Positions 49,778 through 58,880 of a DNA stretch of 64,000 nucleotides are shown piece after piece. The notes under the pieces are model-generated. The model worked only from the letters and a program-made list of their open reading frames with translations, was not told where the DNA came from and did no database searches. This DNA comes from Candidatus Omnitrophota bacterium. Lineage in GTDB: Bacteria; Omnitrophota; Gorgyraeia; Zapsychrales; Zapsychraceae. Numbering within the stretch: the stretch's first letter is position 1; every line of letters begins with the position of its first letter. The translations under genes and the position numbers were made by a program. Location: assembly GCA_015233495.1 (NCBI GenBank), contig JADFXQ010000004.1:1-64000 (forward strand), read 5' to 3'.

Positions 49778-50785
49778 ATGGTTTCTTACAAAGAATTAGG
49801 TTTTTCGAACACTAAGGAAATGTTTAAAAAAGCGGTGACGGGTGGATTTGCCGTTCCCGCGTATAATTTTAATAATATGGAACAATTGCAAGCGATCGTC
49901 TTAGCATGTTTGGAAACCCAGTCGCCGGTAATTTTGCAGGTGTCCAGCGGCGCGCGCAAATACGCGGACCAAACCTTGCTACGCTACATGGGGCAAGGCG
50001 CGGTAGAGATGATGAAACGCTACGCTCAAGAAAAAAAATTAAAACCGATTCCGATTGCTTTGCACTTAGACCATGGCGATACTTTTGAATTATGCCAGTC
50101 CTGCGTGGAATCCGGGTTTTCTTCCGTAATGATCGACGGATCGCATCATCCTTATGATAAAAATGTGGAGTTGACCAAGCAGGTGGTGCAGTTTGCGCAT
50201 CAACACGCAGTGAGCGTGGAAGGCGAATTGGGCGTTCTCGCCGGAATCGAAGACGAAGTTCAGGCGGAAAAATCGACTTACACTCGGCCGGATGAAGTGA
50301 TTGATTTTGTGTCTAAGACTGGCGTGGACTCGCTGGCGATTTCCATAGGGACTTCGCACGGCGCGTATAAATTTAAGCCGGAACAATGCACCAAAAACGC
50401 GGACGGCGTTTATGTGCCGCCGGAATTGCGATTTGACATTTTAGAAGAAATCGAAAAACGCCTGCCCGGTTTTCCGATTGTTTTGCACGGCGCTTCTTCC
50501 GTGCCGATGGAAGCCGTAAAGATGATCAATCAATACGGCGGCAAACTCAAGGATTCCGTGGGGATTCCGGAAGAACAACTGCGCCGGGCCGCTAAGTCCG
50601 CGGTATGCAAAATTAATATTGATTCCGACGGCCGTTTATGGATGACTGCGGCGATCCGCAAAGAATTCGCCGAGAAACCGGCAGAGTTTGATCCGCGCAA
50701 ATATTTGGGTCCGGCGCGGCAAGCTTTGCAAGAAATGTATAAACAAAAAAATGTCAGCGTTTTGGGATCGGCGGGTCAGGTATAA
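49778..50785 (+). CDS. fba: Class II fructose-bisphosphate aldolase
   Basis: VPAYNFNN, LHLDHG, GFSSVMIDGS, GTSHGAYK, LHGASS, KINIDSD, FDPRKYL. Confidence 0.96.
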   Translation: MVSYKELGFSNTKEMFKKAVTGGFAVPAYNFNNMEQLQAIVLACLETQSPVILQVSSGARKYADQTLLRYMGQGAVEMMKRYAQEKKLKPIPIALHLDHGDTFELCQSCVESGFSSVMIDGSHHPYDKNVELTKQVVQFAHQHAVSVEGELGVLAGIEDEVQAEKSTYTRPDEVIDFVSKTGVDSLAISIGTSHGAYKFKPEQCTKNADGVYVPPELRFDILEEIEKRLPGFPIVLHGASSVPMEAVKMINQYGGKLKDSVGIPEEQLRRAAKSAVCKINIDSDGRLWMTAAIRKEFAEKPAEFDPRKYLGPARQALQEMYKQKNVSVLGSAGQV

Positions 50786-50860
50786 ATTCGTAACGGGCGC
50801 CCCTTGCCTATCATTGGGCAGGTGGGCGACCTCTTTGGGCTACACCTACAAGGAGCGATA

Positions 50861-51154
50861 ATGATGGAAACTTTTATTTTTTTAGGAAAATATTCGCCGG
50901 AAGCAGTGCGGGATATCAGCTCGGACCGCACGTCTAATACCATTACCCTGATAAAGGAAATCGGCGGCGAGGTGGTGTCGATGTACGCGCTGTTAGGCGG
51001 CTATGATTTGGTTTTGATAGTTAAACTGCCGTCTGCCACAACGGCCATGAAGGCTTCTTTAGCTTTGACGATGCTCACCGGTATTTCTTTTCAAACTCAT
51101 CCCGCTTTGGCTGTGGATGATCTGGACCGGATTATTGGCGAGGCGAGGGAATAA
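50861..51154 (+). CDS. GYD-domain protein
   Basis: AAGGAG SD; IGGEVVSMYALLGGYDLVLIV. Confidence 0.8.
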   Translation: MMETFIFLGKYSPEAVRDISSDRTSNTITLIKEIGGEVVSMYALLGGYDLVLIVKLPSATTAMKASLALTMLTGISFQTHPALAVDDLDRIIGEARE

Positions 51155-51254
51155 AGGGGGTTTAATACAGCTGTTGTTCGAACTCACACTTTTCAACGGA
51201 GTTTTTCTTTCCAGTTTCAAACGCCTGTCGTAACCTTACAAGCTTTCCTTTTAT

Positions 51255-53725
51255 TTAATTATCGACGCATCCTTGAACAAAACAGGTCTGATTTTGACCG
51301 CAGTCACACTGCTGTCCGTATGAACATCCTCCAGTAGGAGGAAAAGCGCAATGACCGCCAGTGCTTGTGTTCGTGTTTGTTCCAGTACCTGAGCCTGCGC
51401 TGGTATTTGTACCAGTCCCGTTTCCTGGCGCGCAAAGATGGACAGAAGTTTCACAATGATATCCGCCCGGACAAAGATCCCCGGCAGCGCATTTAAATAG
51501 ACAGGTGTTTTCATAACAATATTGCGCTGTTTCAGGACACGAGGGGCAAGTGTGAAAAGGATCGCTGCGGCAATCATAGCCATTGAGACAAGTGGGGGTT
51601 ATGCAATTACCGGTCTCCGGAACACAAATTTCGCCGTAAGAACAATTTTTATGTAAGGTTTGGCATTGGCCTTGGATACAGACAATAGTTGCGCATTTAT
51701 CGCCGCCAGTATGGTCCAAACAACCGCCATAACAATAAGGTGGATTGCCGCTGCATTCGGTGCAAGAGTCCGAAATACAATGTCCAACTCCGTTATCGCA
51801 ATGAAATCCTGCCGGACAAGAATCTAAAACACATGTTCCATTTTGACATTGGGGAGTAAAACAGTTGTCTACTGCTAGACAGCCAGAATAACAGGGCGGG
51901 AGCTGATCCAAACATTGGGTACAGGAGTCTGGGATACAATAACCGGTAGCTGGATTACAATGGGTTGTCGAAGGACAGGATACTAGCTGATGAAAACATG
52001 AGCCTGTAATACATTGGGTAATGATACATTTGCTAGGATCGTCTATACAGCCAAGAGTACAACCGGAATCAACAGAGGGATTGCATTCTGTACAAGCGAT
52101 GTACGTGCTAGTATCTGTACTTGTTGCTGTTTCTGTATTTGTTGCTGTTGTTGTGTTTGTTATTGTTACTGTAACTGTTGTTGAGTTAGTAACTGTTGTT
52201 GTGTTTGTTGCTGTTATAGTGTTTATTTGAGTTTGCGTACCTGTTTGAGTTTCTGTTCCAGTATTTGGTCCTCCGCCTGTGGTACCGGTGCTGGTTCCGG
52301 TGCCTGTACCGGTGCTAATGTTGGTACTAACAGTACTCGTGCTGATGTTCGTCCCAGTACTTGTGCTGCCCGAAACGGTCGTGGTGCCAGTGTTAGTTCC
52401 GGTGTTAGTGGCAGTAGGAGGAATTCCGCCTGTTTGAGTCGAAGTGCTTGTTCCGGAGATAGTGGCTGTAGAAGTCCCGGCGCCTGTATTGGTGCCATTG
52501 CCGGTACTTGTGCTTGTATTTGTCCCGGTAGCAGTGCTGGTTGAAGTGCTGGTAGAGGTATTAGTGGTACAAATGGATGATGATTGACAAAAATTATTGC
52601 AACAATAAAAAGCGGAAAATGGACATTGACCAAAACACCAGCTTCCGTTAGAACACGTGCATTCGGTGCCTGTTGAAGTGGATGTGCTGGTTGATGTGCT
52701 GGTGGCTGTGCCAGTTGAGGAAACGGTAGCTGTCCCGGTGTTACTGCCGGTTCCCGTATTGGTGCCTGTAGCAGTTCCGGTAACCGTGGTTGTATTTGTA
52801 CCGGTGGCGGTACCAGTTGAAGTCCCAGTTGATGTGCTGGTAGAAGTGCTGGTGTCTGTTCCAGTGTTTGTCCCACACTCATCGACAGAAGCGTGGCAAA
52901 TATTAATACAACAATGTTTAAGCCCGGCAGGACAGCTACTACATTCTTGATCTCTACTACATCCTATGGTGCTTTCCAAACAAGAAGTGCCGCCAGTAGC
53001 AGTTCCTGTTCCTGTGTTAATGGCTGTATTCGTCTCGGTGCCCGTATTGGGTCCAGTACCGGTATTTGTGTTTGTATTTGTATTGGTGGTGGTAATGGTC
53101 GATGTGCTGGTGAAGGTATTGGTGCTTGTAGCGGTTCCGGTTATGTGTTTGTGTTTGTCCCAGTGGTGGAGTTGGTCGATGTGCTGGTTCCAGTATTTGT
53201 CATTGTATTTGTGTTGGTAACGGTTCCCGAACTTGTTACGGTGTTGGAAGCGGTGTCGGTTCCGGATCCGGTGCTTGTTTGCGTATTCGTGACAGTTCCG
53301 GTAGGGGGTGGAACATTGCCGCAGGTGTTGGTGCAATTATTCGTGGCGGGATAAGCCGCGCTTAAAGGATTGTTGGCGGTTACCGTAATACATTCCCCAG
53401 CATTGATGGTCGCGGTGATTCGAAAAATACCATTAGCCAGGTCGGAACAATAGGTGGTTTTTTTAGTGTTATCAACTACATTGACATTGTTGCCCAGCGA
53501 GGCATTGATCGCCGCGAGGTTTGGTTTTCCGTCGGGATAACTGCCGCGGATCCGCGCCGCGCCGTGTAAAACGCGCAAGTTGAGATAAGCTATATCGCGG
53601 CGTTTATGATCAATAGCTTTATGAAAGTCGGGTACAGCAAAGCCGATCATCAGTCCGAGAATGGCGATGACAATCAGGATTTCCATTAAAGTGAAGCCAA
53701 AAGCGCGACGCATAACAATTCCCAT
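51255..53725 (-). CDS. Giant type IV pilin-like adhesin: pilin head, Thr/Gly/Ser-rich stalk and Cys-rich modules, split by a 1-nt frameshift at ~53143
   Basis: RAFG|FTLMEILIVIAILGL N-terminus (ORF 53141-53725) ends in ...TNTNT*; the Thr-rich pattern continues in the adjacent frame (ORF 51255-53336, whose own N-terminus is frameshifted nonsense); joined length ~823 aa. Confidence 0.8.
51603..52094 (-). repeat. Three tandem ~55-aa modules with 10 Cys each
   Basis: CTEC..C...C..C....C....C...C.....C......C spacing repeated three times (CTECNPS.., CTQCLDQ.., CTECSGN..). Confidence 0.85.
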
Positions 53726-53742
53726 TTCTCAATAACATTTAT

Positions 53743-54285
53743 CTAAGGAAAGCAACTGCTGGCCCCGGTGCTTTTGATCCAGGCATAATCCCCGCAATTG
53801 TTTTGATAACAGTATTGTCCGGCGCTGCAAGCGCAGTTAATGGCGCCGCCGACAAAGCAGACGCCGTTTTGACAAAAAGCGCAGGCCCCGGGACAAACCT
53901 GCCCGCATCCCGAACCGCTGGGCGTGCCGCCCGATTGCACGATTTTATAATTTTCCGTGCCGCCAATTCGCGTCGCGGTCAAGGTATAGCCGCCCGCGCC
54001 GTCGGGTGTGTAGTCGTAAGCAAAAAGATCGTCTAAAATATTGCCGCTCAAAGTTGAGTTCAATCCCGTGAGAGTCAGCGGATTAGCGGGAAAATTATTA
54101 TTGGTTGTGTTGGCCCGATAAGTCGCTAATAAACTTTGTAATGCGGTCAGATTATTTTGCGCGCGTTGGGCTTGCTGTTTGGAAATCGCTTTCAAGTAAT
54201 TGGGAATGCCAAATCCTAAAATCGCGGATAAAATCACGATAACCACAATGATTTCGGTCAGGGTAAAACCCAAGGATCTTTTCAT
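53743..54285 (-). CDS. Type IV pilin with Cys-rich C-terminal extension
   Basis: RSLG|FTLTEIIVVIVILSAILGFGIP; YTLTATR; C-terminal Cys-rich tail. Confidence 0.9.
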   Translation of the reverse strand: MKRSLGFTLTEIIVVIVILSAILGFGIPNYLKAISKQQAQRAQNNLTALQSLLATYRANTTNNNFPANPLTLTGLNSTLSGNILDDLFAYDYTPDGAGGYTLTATRIGGTENYKIVQSGGTPSGSGCGQVCPGACAFCQNGVCFVGGAINCACSAGQYCYQNNCGDYAWIKSTGASSCFP

Positions 54286-54346
54286 ATTTTGGCTGTATCC
54301 AATAATTCTTATTTACCTAATTATAGTATAAGCTATAATAGACAAT

Positions 54347-55120
54347 ATGAAAAATTTATTTTTTTTGTTGCTGTTTTTGACGCTGATGGCCCGGCCAGCC
54401 TCGGCCACATTTTTGTCGGAGGTGGATAAGGTGCGGCAATTCAACCCCGACGGAAAAAAGTATGAATTTTGCAAAGACTATTTAAACGGATTGAGCTATT
54501 TAGCCAATAATGAAAGCGCGGTGCGTTTGCGGCTTTCCGCGGATATGCAAGGCAAGTCTGAAGCCGAAAAAGGCAAAAAAGCTTTGGCGAGTCTGGTGCA
54601 AGAAAACGTTAATTTGCGGGTCGCCAAAAACACTTTAAAAAAATATTTGACAGCGGACAATGGTCTGATGATCAAAGTCGCGCATATTTTTATGCAGGTA
54701 TGCGATGCACAGATCGCTTTGAACAGCAAGGAACATGAGCTTGATGAGGGATACTTGAAAAACGGCACGGGACCGGCCGCGAAAAATTTTGATTGGAAAA
54801 AACAGAAAAGCCTTCGCGAGCAATTGCTGGCCGAACGCCGTGAATCCATGAAAGGATTATTGGAAGCTTCATTATTGGCGCAAAAAATTTTAATCAGCGA
54901 TAAGCCGGACCGGTTAGGTCAATTGGTTAATTTAGGCATTACGGCTGGGCAGCGGGAAAAATTGATTTTTAAGATCAAAGAATTATTCGGCCGCGATACT
55001 CCCGCGCATTTACAAGAAGGGCAGTCCTTTTTAAAAGGAAGTGTGGCGGCAATTTTGGAAATTCTAGAAGATCAAACCTGGGGAACGATAGAGGCAAGAG
55101 ACTCTGTAAATAATAATTGA
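54347..55120 (+). CDS. Hypothetical secreted helical protein
   Basis: Sec signal (PASA|T); TATAAT 7 nt upstream; no recognised domain. Confidence 0.7.
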   Translation: MKNLFFLLLFLTLMARPASATFLSEVDKVRQFNPDGKKYEFCKDYLNGLSYLANNESAVRLRLSADMQGKSEAEKGKKALASLVQENVNLRVAKNTLKKYLTADNGLMIKVAHIFMQVCDAQIALNSKEHELDEGYLKNGTGPAAKNFDWKKQKSLREQLLAERRESMKGLLEASLLAQKILISDKPDRLGQLVNLGITAGQREKLIFKIKELFGRDTPAHLQEGQSFLKGSVAAILEILEDQTWGTIEARDSVNNN

Positions 55121-55153
55121 CAAACGCGCTAACCATCGGTAATGTATTGATTT

Positions 55154-55369
55154 ATGGACACTCTGGAGTCAAAAAAACTCTTACGCAACCGCGCTGTGCT
55201 TGATGAAATCGCCCGGCATCAGTGGATAGAGAGTGAAAAAGCCGGAAAAGACATTGGGTTCGATAACGCGGCTGCGGATTGGTTAGAACGATTTTCCAAA
55301 GATTGGATGAACTACCACCTGCCCAAACGCACTTCTTGCCTCAGCAAATTTTTTAAAATTTCTAAATAA
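55154..55369 (+). CDS. Small protein resembling the DUF4032 C-terminal motif
   Basis: EIARHQWIESEKAGKDIGFDNAAADW. Confidence 0.7.
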   Translation: MDTLESKKLLRNRAVLDEIARHQWIESEKAGKDIGFDNAAADWLERFSKDWMNYHLPKRTSCLSKFFKISK

Positions 55370-55532
55370 TAATCGATTTAATTTACGGTTGTTTTTGATA
55401 CAATAAATCTTCTTGTAATGGGGCATTGAGTTACGGGAATAAGGATGCAGTGATTTAAAATGTATTCAGCTTCCCGCACCCCCGCGCAGCCTGCCGGAAG
55501 GCAGGGGAGGGGATTTAAATTAGGAGAACAGT

Positions 55533-57152
55533 ATGTCATTGACATTAAAAAAATTGGATAATTTTCAGGGCCGGCCGGGGCCGTTGTTGTTGATCATTAT
55601 GGACGGCGTGGGGATTGGCAAACAGGATGCCAGCGACGGCGTATTTATGGCGCGCCCGGCTTGTTTAAATGGGTTGATGCAGAGCGGACTTTATGCGTGT
55701 TTGCAGGCTCACGGCAAAGCCGTTGGAATGCCGTCGGACGCGGATATGGGAAACAGTGAAGTCGGGCATAATGCTTTAGGCGCGGGCCGGGTGTTTGCCC
55801 AAGGCGCCACTTTGGTGCAGCAGGCAATCGACCAGGGGGAGATTTTTAAATCGGATCTCTGGGGTCAATTGATCGGCCGCGGCAAAAATAACACTTTACA
55901 TTTCATCGGGCTTTTATCCGACGGAAACGTTCATTCGCATATTGAGCATTTGTTCGCCCTGGTGCGCCAATGCGCTGCCGCGGGCGTCAAAAAGGTCCGC
56001 CTGCATATTTTGCTTGACGGGCGCGATGTTTATGAGAAATCCGCTTTAACCTATATTGAAAAAACCGAGTCCTTATTAACGCAGTTGAATCGCGACCACG
56101 GCGTCGATTACCGGATCGCCTCAGGAGGCGGCCGTATGGTCGTGACTATGGACCGTTATGGCGCGGATTGGAAAATAGTCAAAACCGGATGGGACGCGCA
56201 TGTTTTGGGAAAAGGCCGGCAGTTTTCCGCGGCGGCTGCAGCGGTCGCGACTTATTATCGAGAAGATCCGACAATCACCGATCAATATATGAACGCCTTT
56301 GTCATTGTCGAAAACGGCCGGCCGGTCGGCACGATACAGGACGGGGACGCGGTGGTGTTTTTCAATTTCCGCGGCGACCGGGCAATCGAATTGTCTCAGG
56401 CCTTTGATGATCCGGATTTTAAACAATTCGACCGGGAACGTGTTCCCGAGGTTTTGTTCGCCGGGATGATGGAATACGATGGGGATTTGCATGTGCCGCG
56501 GCATTTTTTAGTGAATCCTCCGGCGATTGACCGGACCATCAGCGAATATTTATGCGCCCAGGGAATCAAATCCTTCGCGATTTCCGAAACGCAAAAATAC
56601 GGGCACGTCACGTATTTTTGGAATGGCAACAAGTCCGGATATGTGGACCCGAAATTGGAATTATACGTCGAGATTCCTTCGGATAAAATACGGTTTGACC
56701 AGAAGCCGGATATGCAGGCAAGAGAAATCACTGCGAAAACCATTGAACTGTTAAAAAGCGGCCAATATAAATTCGGCCGGCTGAATTTCGCCAACGGCGA
56801 CATGGTCGGACACACGGGAATAGAACCGGCAATTATCCGCGCGGTTGCCACGGTTGACGCTTGTGTAGCTGAATTAATATCAGTCGTCAACGCGCTTGGC
56901 GGGATTACCGTCGTCACCGCGGATCATGGGAATGCCGATGAAATGTTTACTTTGAAAAAAGGCGAGAAAATCGTCAGCACCGCGCATTCGCTCAACCCGG
57001 TGCCGTTCGCGATAGTTGACAGCCAATATCGCCAGGAATATCGGATGGCGGATTTATCTTTTAAAGGCCTGTCAAATGTAGCGGCGACCTTGATGAATCT
57101 TTTGGGTTACGATAAACCGGAAGATTATGATCCGTCGTTGATTGTCTTCTAA
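55533..57152 (+). CDS. gpmI: 2,3-bisphosphoglycerate-independent phosphoglycerate mutase
   Basis: IMDGVG, MGNSEVGH, SDGNVHSH, DGRD, FNFRGDR, ETQKYGHVTYFWNG, DMVGHTG, TADHGNAD. Confidence 0.97.
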   Translation: MSLTLKKLDNFQGRPGPLLLIIMDGVGIGKQDASDGVFMARPACLNGLMQSGLYACLQAHGKAVGMPSDADMGNSEVGHNALGAGRVFAQGATLVQQAIDQGEIFKSDLWGQLIGRGKNNTLHFIGLLSDGNVHSHIEHLFALVRQCAAAGVKKVRLHILLDGRDVYEKSALTYIEKTESLLTQLNRDHGVDYRIASGGGRMVVTMDRYGADWKIVKTGWDAHVLGKGRQFSAAAAAVATYYREDPTITDQYMNAFVIVENGRPVGTIQDGDAVVFFNFRGDRAIELSQAFDDPDFKQFDRERVPEVLFAGMMEYDGDLHVPRHFLVNPPAIDRTISEYLCAQGIKSFAISETQKYGHVTYFWNGNKSGYVDPKLELYVEIPSDKIRFDQKPDMQAREITAKTIELLKSGQYKFGRLNFANGDMVGHTGIEPAIIRAVATVDACVAELISVVNALGGITVVTADHGNADEMFTLKKGEKIVSTAHSLNPVPFAIVDSQYRQEYRMADLSFKGLSNVAATLMNLLGYDKPEDYDPSLIVF

Positions 57153-57165
57153 GAAGGATGGCCTA

Positions 57166-58839
57166 ATGGGGAAGCGGTTTTTTTACAGTCACTTAACATC
57201 CATTTTTGCCTTACTGGTTTTAGCCTATTTTTTCCTCATGCTTGGCAACGGATCCGTCAGTCTCACCCATCCGGACGAAGTCTTTTACATCGACAGCGCA
57301 AAAGAAATGCTAGCTCATAATAGCTGGTTCACTCCGATGATTTTTGATCATATCCAATTTGAAAAGCCTTTTTTGGCTTTCGCGATGTTTATGACCGCGA
57401 TAAAAGCCTTTGGCCTTAATCCGGCCGCAGCGCGGTTTTTTCCCGCCTTGTTCGCAATCATCGGTGTGATGTCGGTTTACGGCATTGCCATAATTTTATT
57501 TCGCAATCGCCGGGTGGCTTTTTTGTCCGGTTTAGTTTTGGCTACTAGTTTCATTTACATGGCTTTGGCGCGCGCTGTGCTTACCGACATGATTTTCACG
57601 ACCTGGGTCAGTTTGTCGACTGGCGCTTTTTGTCTGGCTTATTATTCCCGGGAAAAGCGGGCGGGAGCAACGCTGGCCGCTTTTGTGTTCATGGCGGCAG
57701 CCGTGTTGACCAAAGGTTTATTGGGAATTTGTTTCCCTCTGACCACCTTGATTTTATTTTTAATTTATCAGCGGGATTTAAAATTTTTATGGCAGGGTTC
57801 CATGGTCTGGGGTTTTCTATTAATGTTAGCATTGGCCGTTCCTTGGCACGTCATGATGTATCAGCGCTATGGCGACTTTTTTTTGTATGAATATTTTGGC
57901 AATGTGCATATTCGGCGTTTATATGCGGCGGAACATCCTAAACTCAATACGCCTTTTTTTTATCCGGGTTTGATGTTCGCCGGGATTATGCCCTGGAGTT
58001 TGTTTTGGTTTCCGGCGGCGCAAAATGTGTGGCAGCGGTTTCAGGAAAAATCCGGCGACCGGGATAAAATCTTTTTTTTGCTGGCCTGGATGTTGGCGAT
58101 TTTAGCGTTTATTCAACCCGCGGCTTCAAAATTGGCGAGTTATGTGTTTCCTTTATTTCCAGCCGTCGCGATTTTTATTGCTTATTATTTAGACCGCGCC
58201 TTATCATTATCCGTGTCTACGGGGAACAACCGCGGTTTAGCGGGGTGCGGTTACGCGATGAGCCTGATTTTATGGGGAATCGCCGGCGGGGGGATATTGG
58301 CGGGTTTGAAATACCCCGCAGTCATCAAAGAGATGACTCCGGTATATATTACGGCTGGCGCAGCTGTCGTTGTAGCTTTATTGATTTTCACAGCGGCGCG
58401 GCAAGGCAATTTTATCCGCATGATTTTTTTCTTCCCGGCTTTGAGCGGGGTTTTGTTGTTAGCGCTATTTCTGGGACGGCCTTATGCGGAGCCGTGGGTG
58501 TCTTGTCAGGACGTCAGCCGAGCCCTGCTAAAGGAGGATACCTCCGGCAATCCGGTCATTGCCAGCAAGTTTTATGTCCGGGGTGTCTGGTATTACACTG
58601 GTTTGCCGACGGCGGTTATGGATATCAATGGGGAAGGATTTTGGAGCCCGCATCCCATTCCGTTTTTAAATGACGATAAAAAGGTTTTGGAATTTTTGCT
58701 CCAACAAAAAGTAACGTTCGCAGTAGTGAAAGAAAGCAATAGCCAAGACTTAAAACGGATTCTCGCGAATCAGCCTTTTCGTTCGCGGGAGCTCTATGGC
58801 AAAGCGGGGAAATATATTTTGAGGATTGAAAAACAGTAG
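57166..58839 (+). CDS. ArnT/PMT-like GT-C glycosyltransferase
   Basis: PDEVFYIDSAKEM..W.TP, EKP, ARFFPA, LTKG, PWH, SKLASY.FP. Confidence 0.88.
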   Translation: MGKRFFYSHLTSIFALLVLAYFFLMLGNGSVSLTHPDEVFYIDSAKEMLAHNSWFTPMIFDHIQFEKPFLAFAMFMTAIKAFGLNPAAARFFPALFAIIGVMSVYGIAIILFRNRRVAFLSGLVLATSFIYMALARAVLTDMIFTTWVSLSTGAFCLAYYSREKRAGATLAAFVFMAAAVLTKGLLGICFPLTTLILFLIYQRDLKFLWQGSMVWGFLLMLALAVPWHVMMYQRYGDFFLYEYFGNVHIRRLYAAEHPKLNTPFFYPGLMFAGIMPWSLFWFPAAQNVWQRFQEKSGDRDKIFFLLAWMLAILAFIQPAASKLASYVFPLFPAVAIFIAYYLDRALSLSVSTGNNRGLAGCGYAMSLILWGIAGGGILAGLKYPAVIKEMTPVYITAGAAVVVALLIFTAARQGNFIRMIFFFPALSGVLLLALFLGRPYAEPWVSCQDVSRALLKEDTSGNPVIASKFYVRGVWYYTGLPTAVMDINGEGFWSPHPIPFLNDDKKVLEFLLQQKVTFAVVKESNSQDLKRILANQPFRSRELYGKAGKYILRIEKQ

Positions 58840-58880
58840 ACGCCGTATAGCGGGCGGGGAACAGGGAGCGGCGGACAGTC

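Noticed and set aside
53144..53336. His/Arg/Gln-rich N-terminus of the 693-aa ORF
   Set aside because: Out-of-frame reading of the pilin stalk upstream of the frameshift, not a real start
52021..53354. Val/Pro-rich plus-strand ORFs and the alternate-frame ORF 52223-52882
   Set aside because: Shadow frames of the Thr-rich repeat on the minus strand
51255..54285. Diversity-generating retroelement or silent pilin cassette system
   Set aside because: No reverse transcriptase, TR/VR pair or promoterless pilin copies visible in the window
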